Assembly: GCA_013239625.1 (NCBI GenBank)
Contig: MU054187.1
Coordinates: 9,257,231-9,319,230, forward strand
DNA: 62,000 nt
Direction: 5' to 3'
Source: Lama guanicoe
Taxonomy: Eukaryota
Shown: positions 33,420-45,871 of the stretch, one piece after another
Layout of the letters: each line of letters opens with the position of its first letter
How positions within the stretch are numbered: the first letter of the stretch is position 1
Position numbers and translations under genes: made by a program
The notes under the pieces: model-generated
What the model was told of the DNA's origin: nothing
Database searches by the model: none
What the model saw: the letters and a program-made list of their open reading frames with translations, nothing else

Positions 33420-35935
33420 ATTTTAAGAAACGTGATCGAACTATATGCTGTCTACAAAAAAAATTTTAAAACCTCACCTTAGATTCAAAGACAAGTAATG
33501 GTGAAAGTAGAAGGATGGAAAAAGATACTATATAGAAGGAATATCCAAATAAAGCTGGAGTGGCTATAGTAATAACAGACAAAATAGACTTTAAGGAAAA
33601 GTTACCAGAGTCAAAGAGGGATATTTTATGATTTAAAAAAGGTAAATCCTTCAATAAGATATAGGAATTAGAAAAAGATATATACCTAACAACAGAGCCC
33701 CCAAATATATGCAGCAAAAATTGATGGGATTGAAAGGAGAAATAGATGACTCAACAACAGTAATTGGAGACTTCAATTCCTCACTTTCAATAGTGACTAG
33801 AACAACTAGACAGATGATCAGCAAGGAAACAGAAGACTGTAACACCATAAATCAACTGGAACTAATAGACAGCCTTAGAACACTCTACCAGTAACACAAG
33901 TACCTGTGGAATCTTCTCCATGTTAGACTGTATGTTAGGTCACAAAAACAAGTATCAATAAATTCAGAAACACTTATTTATTTATTTATTTATTTATTTT
34001 AAGACCTCAAATTAATGACCTAAACTTCCACTTTAAGAAACTCGAAAAAGAAGAGCAAACTGGACCAAAAGCAAGAAGAGAAGGAATAGTAAAGATTAGC
34101 ATGGAGACAAACACAATAGAGAATATAAAGTAATAGAGAAAAATCCACAAAACCAAAAGTTGTTTCTTTGAAAATATCAACAAGATTGACAAACTTTTAG
34201 CTAAATTGCCAAGAGAAAACTCAATTACCAAAATTAAGAATAAAAACAGGGCCATTACAATTGACCTTATAGAAAAACAGAATTATAAGGAATACTATGA
34301 ACAAATGCTTGCCAAAAATAATTAGACAACCCAGATAATGAATAAATTCTTAGAAACACACAAGTACCAGAATTTACTCAAAAAGAAACATAAAATCTAA
34401 GTAGTCCTATAAAATGTGAAGATTAAGTCCATAATAAAAAAAAATTACAACAAGGAAAAGTCCACATCCAGGAGGTTTAATTGGTGAATTCTACCAAAAG
34501 GGAGGAGGAGGGAAGAGGGGAAGAAGAGTTAGTAATCCTTCTCAAACTATTCCAAGAAAGTAGAGGGGACACTCCTTAACTCTTTCTATGAAGCTAGGTT
34601 TACCCTGATACAAAGTCAGACAAGGACATCATAAGAAAAGAAAACTACAGAGCAATAGAATATAGACGCAAAAATTCTCAACAAAATACTAGCAAATTGA
34701 ATTCAATAACATTAAAAATTTAAAAGGTTAAACTTACCCTGACAAGTAAGACTTTTCCAAGAATGCAAGGTTAGTTCAAATTGTGAAAATCAATGTAACA
34801 CACCATATTACTAGAATAAAGGGAAAAACCCTCATATTCATCTTGATAAATGCAGAAAAGGTGTTTGACAAAATCCAACATCCTTTCATGTCAAAAATAC
34901 TCCAACAAACAAGCAACAGAACTCCTCAATTTAATAAAGGGCACCTATGAAAAATCCATAGCTATCAATACTTAAGAGTAAAGACTGAAAACTTTCCCCC
35001 AAAGATCTGGAATAAGATGAAGATGTCTGCTCTTACTGTCTCTTTCAACACTGCATTGGAAGTTCTACAAGGGCAACTGGGCAAGAGTAAGAAATAAAAG
35101 GCTTTCAGATTGGAAAGAAATACAACTGTCTCTATTCACAGATGATAAAATCTTATACATAGAAAAAAGTAATAAATATACACACACAATTAGAGCTAAT
35201 AAATGAGTTAAGCAAAGTTCCAGGACTTAATTTCAATATACAAAAATCTTAATTTCAATATACAATATACTAGAACAATACGAGAATAAAACTAAGAAAA
35301 CAATTCCATTCACAATGGCATCAAAAAGAATAAAATAGTTAGGAATAAATTTTACCAAATTTAATGAAAGATTTGTTCACTGAAAACTTGTACAAAACAC
35401 TGTTGAAAGAAATTAAAGACCTAAATAAATGTAAGGACATCCCATGTTCACAGATTAAGACTAAATATTAGTATTAAAATGAATCTTCAGATTTGATGCA
35501 GTCCTATCAAAATTCCAACTACCATTTTGCAGAATTGGATAAACTGATCCTAAAATTCATATGGAAATAAAATGCAAAGGACTCTGAATAGAAAAAAAAA
35601 TTTTGACAAGATGAACACAGTTGCACAACTCAACAGTCCCTGATTCCAAAACTCATTACAAAGTTATAGTAATCAAAACAGTGTGGTATTGGCATAAAGA
35701 CAGACATATATATCAATGGAATGGAATTAAGAGTCTAGAAATTAATACATAAACGTGTGGTGAGGTGAATCTTAACAAAGGTGCCAAGACCATTCAATAA
35801 AAGAAAGAAAAGTCTTTTCAGCAAATGGTGCTGGGACAACTGGATATACAAATGCAAAAGAATGAATTTGAACCTCTACCTCACATCATATACAAAATTA
35901 ACTCAAAATGGAACAAATACCTAAATGTAGAATGT
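33420..35935 (+). mobile_element. Degenerate L1 ORF2 (EN to RT to C-terminal part)
   Basis: EN motif TTVIGDFNSSLS (ORF 33709-33894), RT motifs gcagaaaaggtgtttgacaaaatccaacatcc and ctattcacagatgat (degenerate FADD). Many frameshifts. Confidence 0.92.
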
Positions 35936-37560
35936 AAATTTAACCAAGGAGGTATATACCTGTACTGAAACTGTACCTGTACACTGAAAACTATAAGACA
36001 CCAATGAGAGAAACTGAAGAAGACACAAATAAATGGAAAGATATCCCATACTCATGGATTAGAAGAATTAATATTGCTGAAATATCCATATTGCCCAAAG
36101 AAATCTACAGATTCAATGCAATCCCTATCAAAATTCCAAAAGCATTTTTCACATAAATAGAACAAAGAATCCCAAAAGTTGTATGGAACCACAAAAGACC
36201 CCAAATAGCTAAAGCAATCTTGAGAAAGAAGAACAAAGCTAGAGGCACCACACTTTCAGATTTCAAACCCTATTACAAAGCGATAGCAAACAACAGTATG
36301 GTATTGGCAATAAAAACTGACACACAGGTCAATGGAACAGAATAGAAAGCCCAGAAATAAACTCATGCTTGTATACAACAAAGGAGCCAAGAGCACTGGG
36401 GAAAGAACAGTCTCTTCAATAAATGATGTTGGGAAAACTGGACAACCACTTGCCAAAGAATGAAACTGGAACACTATCTTATATCATACATAAAAATTAA
36501 CTCAAAATGGACCAAATATTTAAATGTAAGACTTGAAACCATAAGACTCGTAGAAGAAAACATAGGCAGTAAGCTCCTTGACATTGATGTTGATGAGTTT
36601 TAGATTTGATGCCAGAAGCAAAGACAAGTAAACACGTGGGACTACATCAAACTAGAATTCTACACGGGAAAGGACACAGTCAACACCATCAACAAAATGA
36701 AAAGGCAACCTATCGAATGGGAGAAAATATCTACAAATCATATATCTGATAAGGGATTAATATCCAAAATAGCACTCATAAAACCTAACAGCAAAAAAAA
36801 AAACAATCCAATTAAAAATGGGCAGAATATCTGAACAGGTATTTTTCCAAGGGAGCCATACAGATGGCCAACAGGTACATCAAAGGTACTCAATATCACG
36901 ATCAGGGAAATGCAAATCACAACCACAATGAGATATCACCTCACACCTGCTAGAAAGGTTATTATCAAAAAGATAAGAAATCACAGCTGTTGGAGAAAAT
37001 GTGATGAAAAGGGAGCTCTTGTGCACTGCTGGTGGCAATATAAATTGGTGCAGCCTCTATGGAAAACAGTATGGAGGTTCTTCAAATAATTAAAAATAGT
37101 ACTACCATGTGATCCAGCAATTCTACTTCTGGGTAGTTATCTGAAGAAACAAGAACACTAAGTTGAAGAGATAACTGCGCTCCATGTTAACTGCAGCATT
37201 ATTTACAATAATCAAGTCATGGGAACAACCTGAATGTCCATCAATAGATAAGTGGATAAAGAAAATGCAGTATATATTCAGTGGAACACTATTCAGCCAT
37301 AAAATGGAAGAAATTCTGCCATTTTCGACAACATCAATAGACTTTGAGGGCATTATGCTAAGTGACAAACAGACACAGAAAGACAAATCATATTTGACCT
37401 CACTTATATGTGGAATCAAAAAAACCCCAAACTCACAGGTACAGAGAACAAATTGGTGGTTGCCAGAGGTGGAGGTGGGGGCTGGGTGAAATAGGTGAAT
37501 GTGGTCAAAAGGTACAAAATTCCAGTTATAAAATAAATAAGTCTTAGGGGAAAATATAGA
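35936..37560 (+). mobile_element. Second 5'-truncated L1 (ORF2 C-terminus and partial 3'UTR)
   Basis: ORF2 restarts about 600 nt earlier (aaatttaaccaaggagg...gaagacacaaataaatggaaagatatccc). Includes peptide MLTAALFTIIKSWEQPECPSIDKWIKKM (ORF 37184-37489). Confidence 0.88.
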
Positions 37561-39773
37561 ATAAAAAAGGCAAAAGAAATATGCTATAAATGTTTTAATA
37601 GAGATCAAATTGCCACAGTTGATGTGTGTGTATAATGCTTTGCCATTAATACTGCACAATGTGTTTGTTTACCATAGGATAAAAAAGCCTCAAGTAATGA
37701 ATAGTATAAAAGCATTCCAAAAAAGTTGCTAAGAAAGTGTTAAATAGCTTTGAAGCTAGCAATTCATGTACACATTAAACAAAACAACAAATTTCTATCC
37801 AAATTAGTCAAGCTCAAAGAAACAACATAGAACTGTGGTTTCCAGGGACTGAGGGGGAAGAGGAAATGGGAACTTGTTTAGTAGATACAGAGTTTCAGTT
37901 TTGCAAGGTAAAAAAATTCTAAATAAAGAAAAATAAAGAGCATGACATAAGAGTTTTTAAAAAGAACATCCCCTCACAGATTATTCTTAACACCAGGTGT
38001 TGAAAAATCACTGACTGAACTGGTGTGCAGAGGAGAAATGATAAGCGTAGATGACTGCAGCGGCACAGTCTGGTTATCTATCTACCCTGTTCTTGGTCCT
38101 TTTATAAGGATGCAAGCTTTTTGCATAAACTACATTTTAAAGAAGTGTACGGGGGAGGGAAAGAGGAGATAATTAACAGTCCAGTAGTTTGAAGGGGAGG
38201 CAAGGACCGAAACAAAAAATTGTTTCCTTTTAAATAATGATGAGCATGTTTGCTTGCTGAGAAGGAGCAAATGGGGACATTATTTGAAGATACTGGAGTT
38301 GGGAAGAGGAATTGATGATGGATGGAACAGGATTTAGGAAAGTGCATATATAGATTCTAGAACACACTGGCATGGTTAATCTTAAAAAGGAGAAGGAAGA
38401 TGGATGCAATTATGCAGAAGTATAGAAGTAAAAAGGTGTAAAGGAGTTTCTTTCCAATGACCTTTTATCCCCTTTTGAAGTAGGAAATGAGGTTTCTTGT
38501 TGAGAGGGGTGAGGGAATGGGGAAGAGAAATCAAGCAGTGGTAAAAGCTTGAATATTTACCACAGAAGATTTGAGAGGGAACTTACTGAGGTCAAGCAAA
38601 AGGACTGGCAGGCAGCATGAAAGTCCAGCTGAGTTTGGAAGTTGTGTGCGCTTATTGACCCCAGTTTGTATGGTTTTGCAATCTTCTCCATCAATGTTGG
38701 TCTCCCAGAAATGGGAGTGGAAGTAGTAGATGGCTAGAGTCATCTCCTTGGAGGTATGACCAGAAATCAGAAATTTTAAAGAATTGATATGAGTAGCACT
38801 TAAGTGCATGACCACAAGGTTGAGGCCACATAGTTAAGGAAACTGAGTCAATGAAATTGACAGTCTGGAAAAATAGATCCTGGTAGTTTAAAAATATTGG
38901 TTTAGGGGGAAAATGGGTTTAGGGAGGACAAGAAAGTGAGCACCAGGAGCCCTACAAGAGCTAAGGCCAGGCCTGCCACTGGAAATTACCAGGACCTGCT
39001 TGTAGCTTTGACACGATTCACTATCACTGAGCTTGAGCTGGAAGCCAGTGCCTGAGGGCTCTGAGGAGAACAGTGGTGGGAGCTGCTACTGGAAGAAGGA
39101 GACACGGTTTGTACAGCCATTTCTTCTACATCCTGGTCTTATGATCCCTTGATGTTCAGCGTTCAACAGAGATTGCTGTCTTTGAAAAAAACAAGAATGC
39201 AAACATTTCCCCCAGGAAATGCAATAAGGTGAGAAGCCCAGAAACTTTTGTTGGGAACCTGAGCCAGATACAGAGATCTTGAATTGTATGTGGCTCTCAG
39301 ATTTGGGGTGAGCTGCGGGCTGTAGGGGGAAGGATGAAATACAGCACACAAAGATCTCAGGGGCCTGCCGAAGGCTGTCAGTGGCCTACTGGTGTCATAA
39401 CCTCAAGTCTTATTCCATGAAGTAGTACCTTTATGACTGACATGGACAAAACTTCTAATATTGGCCACGTTTTATCTATTGTGTTTACACAGATATTCTA
39501 GACTATTCTGTTTTATTAAGGAAGGTGAAGAGCTGGTCTTAAAATTAACCAAAGAAAAACTATCTGCCAATTAGAAATAGAATAGAAAACTATAGAAACT
39601 ATATGCCAGTTGGGCATTTGAACTTTTCAAAAGTTCAGATTTAAACTTTGTACTTTTTAGTCTAATACTAAAAAAAGACCAGCATAATGCCTCATAAAGT
39701 CAAGTGATTCTACTTGCATTCTAGGGAGTATTTGACAAGGGATCATGAAGTACGGTGGTATCACTGTCTCAGC

Positions 39774-39792
39774 TGCCACCAGAGGTCAGCAC
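39774..39792 (+). promoter_or_regulatory. CTCF-like motif
   Basis: tgCCACCAGAGGTCAGCAc differs by one base from the common CCACCAGAGGGCAGCA core. Unique intronic sequence. Confidence 0.45.
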
Positions 39793-41189
39793 TGGACTCT
39801 CGATGTGGTTCTCTGTGAGGGAAAAGACTGAGTCTCTGAAACAGCATCATCTATGGTTCCCATTGTTATCTCATTCAATCTGTCTTGAACTATGAATGTG
39901 ATCGCGGATCCCAGACAACTAGAGAAAACACCAGCAATTGCTGAGGTGAGCTGCTCAGAGATTCCATCTGTAAATGTGAGGAAATCAGGGGACTGTATAA
40001 TGTGGCCTTCAGAGTGCCTTGGATTGAGGTCTTGGTAGTCAAAGTACCTGAATCATAGACTATGGCAGCTGGTGTTTCAGAAATAATTACACAGTAGAGG
40101 TAGTGTTGGCATCATTATTTGCAGTTTGAAGCCCAATGGCCCTGACCTTGCTATTCCGTTTCTTAACTCTATACTAATCCTGGCCCAGTGCCTCCCGCTT
40201 CCTTGAGCCCCACTCATACTCTTGTTGTAGCTTTCCGTCAGCAGCATACTGTATTAAAGTGTCTTATGGGGAGGGAAACTGTCCTGGTACAAAGGTGTGA
40301 AATTGTTGTGGGGAGTTGAGAGATCTGGGGGCTGATCAAGGGAAAAGGTAAGTCCCTGAGAGCCAGTAACACACAACAAGCCATACGGGTGGTGCTTGAA
40401 CAGGGTTGCACAGTATGAGACCATCCAGAGGCTTATGGCATGGGAGATACTCTCAGAAAGGGAGGAGGTCAAGGGAGCATCCAGGGGAGAAGGAGGTTGG
40501 AAAGGGGGCCTACATATCTAGGTGATGTCACTCAGGAGCACAGTGAGGAGAGTCTGAGTCAGAGTTCCAAAGGGCTACGGCAGCTTGGAGTCTTATAACC
40601 ACAAGGGTCTGTCTTACCAATGGCCAGTAGATGTGGGGTGAGGTCTTGCAGATATGTAAAGCAGGAAGGCTCTAAATAGCTAACAATCTGCTTGTTTGGG
40701 TTGTTTTACAAATGACAATTGTGAAAATTTGAGTTTGACACTGGCGGGCTTTTGAAGCTAATGGGTCTCACCCTGCAGTAAAGAAACAAACAATGTAGGG
40801 ATCAATACAGAGGCATTCTTTGGCTCGTTTATATAACAATGGTTAAAAAGCTCTTTGTGGAATTAACATATAGTTGAAAGAGAATATAAACATGAAAGAT
40901 AACCAGGCTATCACTGGCTAGGTAACTTACTCTAGTTCTCCCTTCTGCTAAGAACTAGCAAAACTGAAAGGAAAATTATATTTATATATGTACATCTTAA
41001 AAGTATTTGAGAGTAAAGATCACTGCTGACTAAATCATGTTATGGAGGAAGAAAAACTGAGAGGCTGAACAGGAGAAAGAAAGGAGCCTGGACCCTGGCC
41101 CAGTAAGAACGGAAATCCTGCAATTCTATTTAGACTCCAAAGTGCTGCCTCCCAGGAGAAAGGCCAAAATGGAAGTAAACCATCTGAGG

Positions 41190-41461
41190 TTGACAGTTAC
41201 TTTGGTAGTCCTCCATAAGTCATATCCCCTGGTATTTATACCCTTGTGCAGTCTTCTTGAATCTGGGCTGGCTTTCTGACCTAACTTAACTAAAAGAATG
41301 GGCAGAAGTGATGATTTACCTAAATCTTAAAAAGACCTAGCAGCTTTTACTTTGGCAATCTAGTTTCGACAACACTTAAGAAATAAGTGCTTAAGTGCTT
41401 ATTGTTTTAAGCTACTAAATTTTACTGTAGTCTGCTACACAGAAATAGATTATGGAAATAC
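41190..41461 (+). mobile_element. Degraded MLT1 (MaLR) LTR
   Basis: ttgaatctgggctggctttctgacc...aaaagaatgggcagaagtgatg, and 3' end ttgttttaagctactaaattt...ctacacagaaatagat. Confidence 0.65.
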
Positions 41462-43104
41462 CAATCTTATGTGGACTGTAACTGAACTTTGAGTCATCTG
41501 GATGACTGAGAAAAATCTCAGTTTCTAATACTGGATTAAGATGATCCCAGTTTTATAAGTGCCTCCAGATACCTGAAAGTAGGAAATACAAATTCTCTCT
41601 GGTGTAACATCGTCTCAGTCCTCCAGTTATTCTTTAGAAGTTTTAAATATCTGGCACACAAATATAATCAAGCACACAAGTCAAGGCAATATGAACAAGA
41701 ATCAGCAGGAGTGGGACAACAGCAACAAAACTGTGGAAAACTCAAGTATCAGAATTATCAGATACAGACATTAAGATATCTATGATCAAGAAGATAAAAT
41801 ACAAGATTTCATCTTAGGCAGCAGGTGACTTTCTTCTGGGACATGGGAGGAGTAATAAACTTTGTGGCTGAGGGAGTGTAGCAGAAAGTCACAGAGCAGT
41901 TGACATCTGTTACTGGATTTTGAAGTGGAAACTGGAGAATCAGAGGTCTTGAAGCTAATTCTAGTATTAGTTATAGCCATGCCAGATTAACAGTGACTAA
42001 AAGTATAGAGAGATTTAGAGTTAAAGGTTCATATTCTGACTGAATATCACTTTTAAGTATAAAATGAGAAATTGTAAGAAAGATGATTAAAATGAATAGG
42101 CAATGTCATGTTTAAATGAACTCCACGCATCTCCTTTCATCCTAAATTTCATATGAGTTTTCTTGCTGTATAGACAATATCCAAGGGGGTAGGTCATCAA
42201 TCAACTACCTCCTTGAGCAAGTGTATAACTTTGGCAGCTGCCTCTGCTAGCCATATTTCCTGAGGATTCCTCAGAGCCAAGACTAGCTGCCAAGAGGAAT
42301 CAAAATGCTGCTGATGACCAGGAATTGGATGTGTTACAAATGGAGGTGCTCCAGCTCTCTGAATTGGCCAACTCCATTGTTAGAGGAATATAATAAATGG
42401 TTGAGTGCATCTCCTTGTGAGCTGACAAAGATCCAAGCAACTTAAAATATGACAGGTTCTTCTGGCTAAGTCTTGTGCAGTGTGTACCAGCCTACAACTG
42501 AACCCTAGACATAAAGACACATATGTAAAGAGGTATTTTCCAGGGTTTTTCTTTCTTTCAGGGCAGAAGTAACAGCCTTGTATTTGGTTTGGCTTGGACA
42601 TGATCTCTGGAACTGGTAGGGGGAAATGCTGCAATTATATTCCAAGGTGCAAAGGAATTCCAGGAATATTGAGTCACTAAAATTAATGTGCTTAAAGAGT
42701 CCACTTGAGGCTTTTTGATAATGATTGTTGTATTATTAAAGCTGGAAAACTTCTTTCCTCCCCCCTCTAATTTGGTAGTGGGTCTCTTAAGGGAACAAAC
42801 TCTAAACTTTCAGCTATTAAAGAGCCCAAGTTTTGTGACTGGAGCTTAAAAACGCTTAGGGAAGGAAACTACACAAGTTTATATCTATATATGTAAATAT
42901 ACAGATATTTCTAAAAATAAGATAAAACAAAGAATTACCTATAATGCCAATGTGTAGCTATAATCATAGTTGTGGTTATAACTTTCCATTTTCTTCCTTA
43001 TCTCTACTTATTTTTCCCAATATAAAGACATATGTACAATTGTCTAGGTGTGTATGTGCATGTACACATGTATATGTTATATGTGTATGTGTCTGTGTGT
43101 GCAT

Positions 43105-43935
43105 GTGTCAAGGTCACCAAAGATTTCTATATCATTAAACCCAATGATTACATCTTAGTCCTCATAGTACATGACCTGTCAACAGCATTCAACACAGGTG
43201 ACCACACTTGGATTTTGTTCACTTGGATCCCAAGACCCCATAATTCTCCAAATTTTCCCTTCTTCGTCATTGCTCTTTCTTTCTTCATCTCCTACGTCAA
43301 CTCCTACATCTTCTTCACCAACTACAAAATTCTTCCTTCCCAAAGCTCAGTCCTTGGACTTATCTGGGACCCACTCTCCTGGGAATCTTTTCCAGTTCTA
43401 TGGCTCTGAATACCATCTATCTGCTGAGAACTCCCAATTGTACGTCTCCCAGAGTAATTCTCGTTTGAACTCCAGACTCATATACCTCTCTACCTCCATC
43501 AAACTTGGAAGTCTAAAAGGAACCTCAAAGGCATCCAAAATAGAACTCTGAATCCTAGCAAACCATTCCCTACTATCAAAAAAAAAAAAAAAAACTCTTG
43601 CCAATTCATTAAATTGTAACTCCAAACTTTCAGTTGCTCAGGCCAAAACATTGCTGCCATCCCTGATTCCTCTTTTTCTTTCACATCACACATTTAATCC
43701 ATCAGTTAGCCCTCAAAGTATATCCAGAATCGATCCACTTCTCACTAATCATCCATCACCACATTGAGCCAAACAACCATGAACTTCCCCTAAAAGAGTC
43801 TCCTGCTTCTGCCTTTGTCCTCTCCAAGACTGAGTGATCCTTCCAAAACTAAAATCAGATCATACCACTTTCTTCTCAAAACACCCCAGTGGCTTTCTGC
43901 ATCACCCCGACCAAAAGCCAAAGTCTTTACAGTGT
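43105..43935 (+). mobile_element. L2 LINE (RT region to 3' part)
   Basis: ORF 43032-43409 contains KVTKDFYIIKPNDYILVLIVHDLSTAFNTGDH, a degenerate CR1/L2 RT motif (LILLDLSAAFDTVDH). Downstream cagttgctcaggccaaaac and tatatccagaatc are L2 motifs. Confidence 0.88.
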
Positions 43936-43984
43936 CATATTAATAGTCTGTGTGCCTTACATTTTTAAATTAAAAATATATACG

Positions 43985-44200
43985 AGGCAGCATAGTGCTC
44001 AGGATCAGATTGCTTATGTTCAAAGCCTGGCTCTAATTATTAGCTATGTGATGCTGGGCAAGTTACTTAACTTCTTGGTGGCTAAATTTCCTCATCTGTA
44101 AAATGGGATTATTGTAATACCAATTTCACAGAATTGGGGTGAAGATTAATGCATTAATATTTATAACATGCTTACAATAGTGCTGGCACGTAGTAGACAT
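43985..44200 (+). mobile_element. MIR SINE
   Basis: tagctatgtgatgctgggcaagttacttaacttc...ttcctcatctgtaaaatggg...gtgctggcacgtagtag. Confidence 0.88.
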
Positions 44201-45657
44201 TATAAATTTAAAAAATAACAAAATAGGCATTTTGTGCTACTAGCACAGGATTTCATCATAAATTCTGCATGTAAAAAGCATGTCTCCAATAAGAATTTAT
44301 AGATACTCTGAACATCTCTCAAAAGGATGAAAAATGTTTTGGTTAAACAAATTTCAAATGAACTGTCATTGTTTTATTCTTTTTGTTCTGAATTCAGAGT
44401 TGGAATGGATTATATACCATGATGTATACTTTTAAATAGTTTCGTACTTTTTAAGCATCCTGATACTAAGCTGCTAAATTATTCACGTACTTCCTAACCA
44501 GCAATACTGTAATTCCTAAAATAGGTGTGATTTTTTCAGTTTTTTGTATAGATTGGTTTATAAGATATACATTTTCTGCTCTACTTACAGACTTTTATTA
44601 TTGTGTTAAAATGGAACGATTTGATTTAACCCTAAACTGATGAAATAAACAAACTTTGAGGTATATTCCTACATATACCTATAATGGGCATGTAAGGAGA
44701 ATAAGTCATGTGGAATTTCCAGCAAAGAGTCATAAAACTAATTGACTTTGTAGAGATAAAAATACTACAGACTCAATTTTAAACATGGCTTTAATCAATT
44801 TAAATCTGTCTGTAGAGGGAAGTGAGGGCAAATCTCTAGCCAGAGTCTGACTTCATAGCTCAGTTCTTAGATCCACTTCATAGTTTTTTAAATACCTGAT
44901 TATAAATGAAGAATAAAGAATACTCAAAAATCACCACTCCCTGCCATACACACACACTACAACACAACACAACACACACTCATATCCTTCTGGAATTGCT
45001 TTATGATCCACAGAGGAGAGAGGACCTTACACTCACAAGTAAATTTCTACAGATTATTTGGAGTATGAAGACTTATTTGCAAAGAGGTCAAATGCATATT
45101 TGAATACAAGGTAAGTCACAATATTTGTTCATAAAAACAAAAGGGAGTTAGGATTTGTGAAGGATTTGTGAAAGGATCATAATGTTGATTCAAGGGTGTA
45201 TAAATCAGAGATCCTTTTTTTTTTTGACAGTTGAGTTTAATTATTAGAATATGTGTGTGAAGTTTTGTTAACTGTGGAAAATTCTTCCACTTCTAAATGG
45301 AATTTTGCTGTAAACTGGTCCTGTTGCTAGAACTCTTAAAGGCCTCTGGATGTTGAGGTGGGCTACTGATGAGCTTCCAGGTGAAAATAAACTTCCCATA
45401 TTTGCCAAAAGCAAATGCAGCTATTGAGAATTCCTCTGAGGATGCGAGGGGAGAAGCAATACTATTATGTCTACACATTAGAAACAAGAGACAGCATTTA
45501 ATGAAAAGTTGCTTAGTTAAATCAACATTATCGTGAAACTAGTTTAATGGATGTTCAAATGAATGTATAAAGGATGTACAAATGAATAATGCCCTTCTAA
45601 AATGTCATTGTAATTCTTATCAAATAACACTTTTCCTTACTTTTTTAATTTTAAAAG

Positions 45658-45871
45658 AAAATTGGCCTTGAAACACCATCCAGACAAGAATCCAAATGAT
45701 CCAGGGGCCGCTGAAAAGTTTAAAGAAATCAACAACGCCCACACAATACTTACAGACATGTCAAAGAGAAACATATACGACAAATACGGATCACTAGGAC
45801 TCTACGTGGCTGAGCAATTTGGAGATGAAAATGTTAATACCTACTTCATGCTGTCAAGCTGGTGGGCAAAG
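45658..45871 (+). CDS. DNAJC5B: DNAJC5B second coding exon (J-domain HPD and linker)
   Basis: Acceptor ttttaaaag|A completes the phase-2 Arg codon. Translates [71 protein letters not shown] with HPD intact. 214 nt, donor AAG|gtgaac (phase 0). Confidence 0.98.

Noticed and set aside
37123..37659. 178-aa minus-strand ORF
   Set aside because: It is antisense to an L1 ORF2 tail and 3'UTR, a typical repeat-derived spurious ORF.
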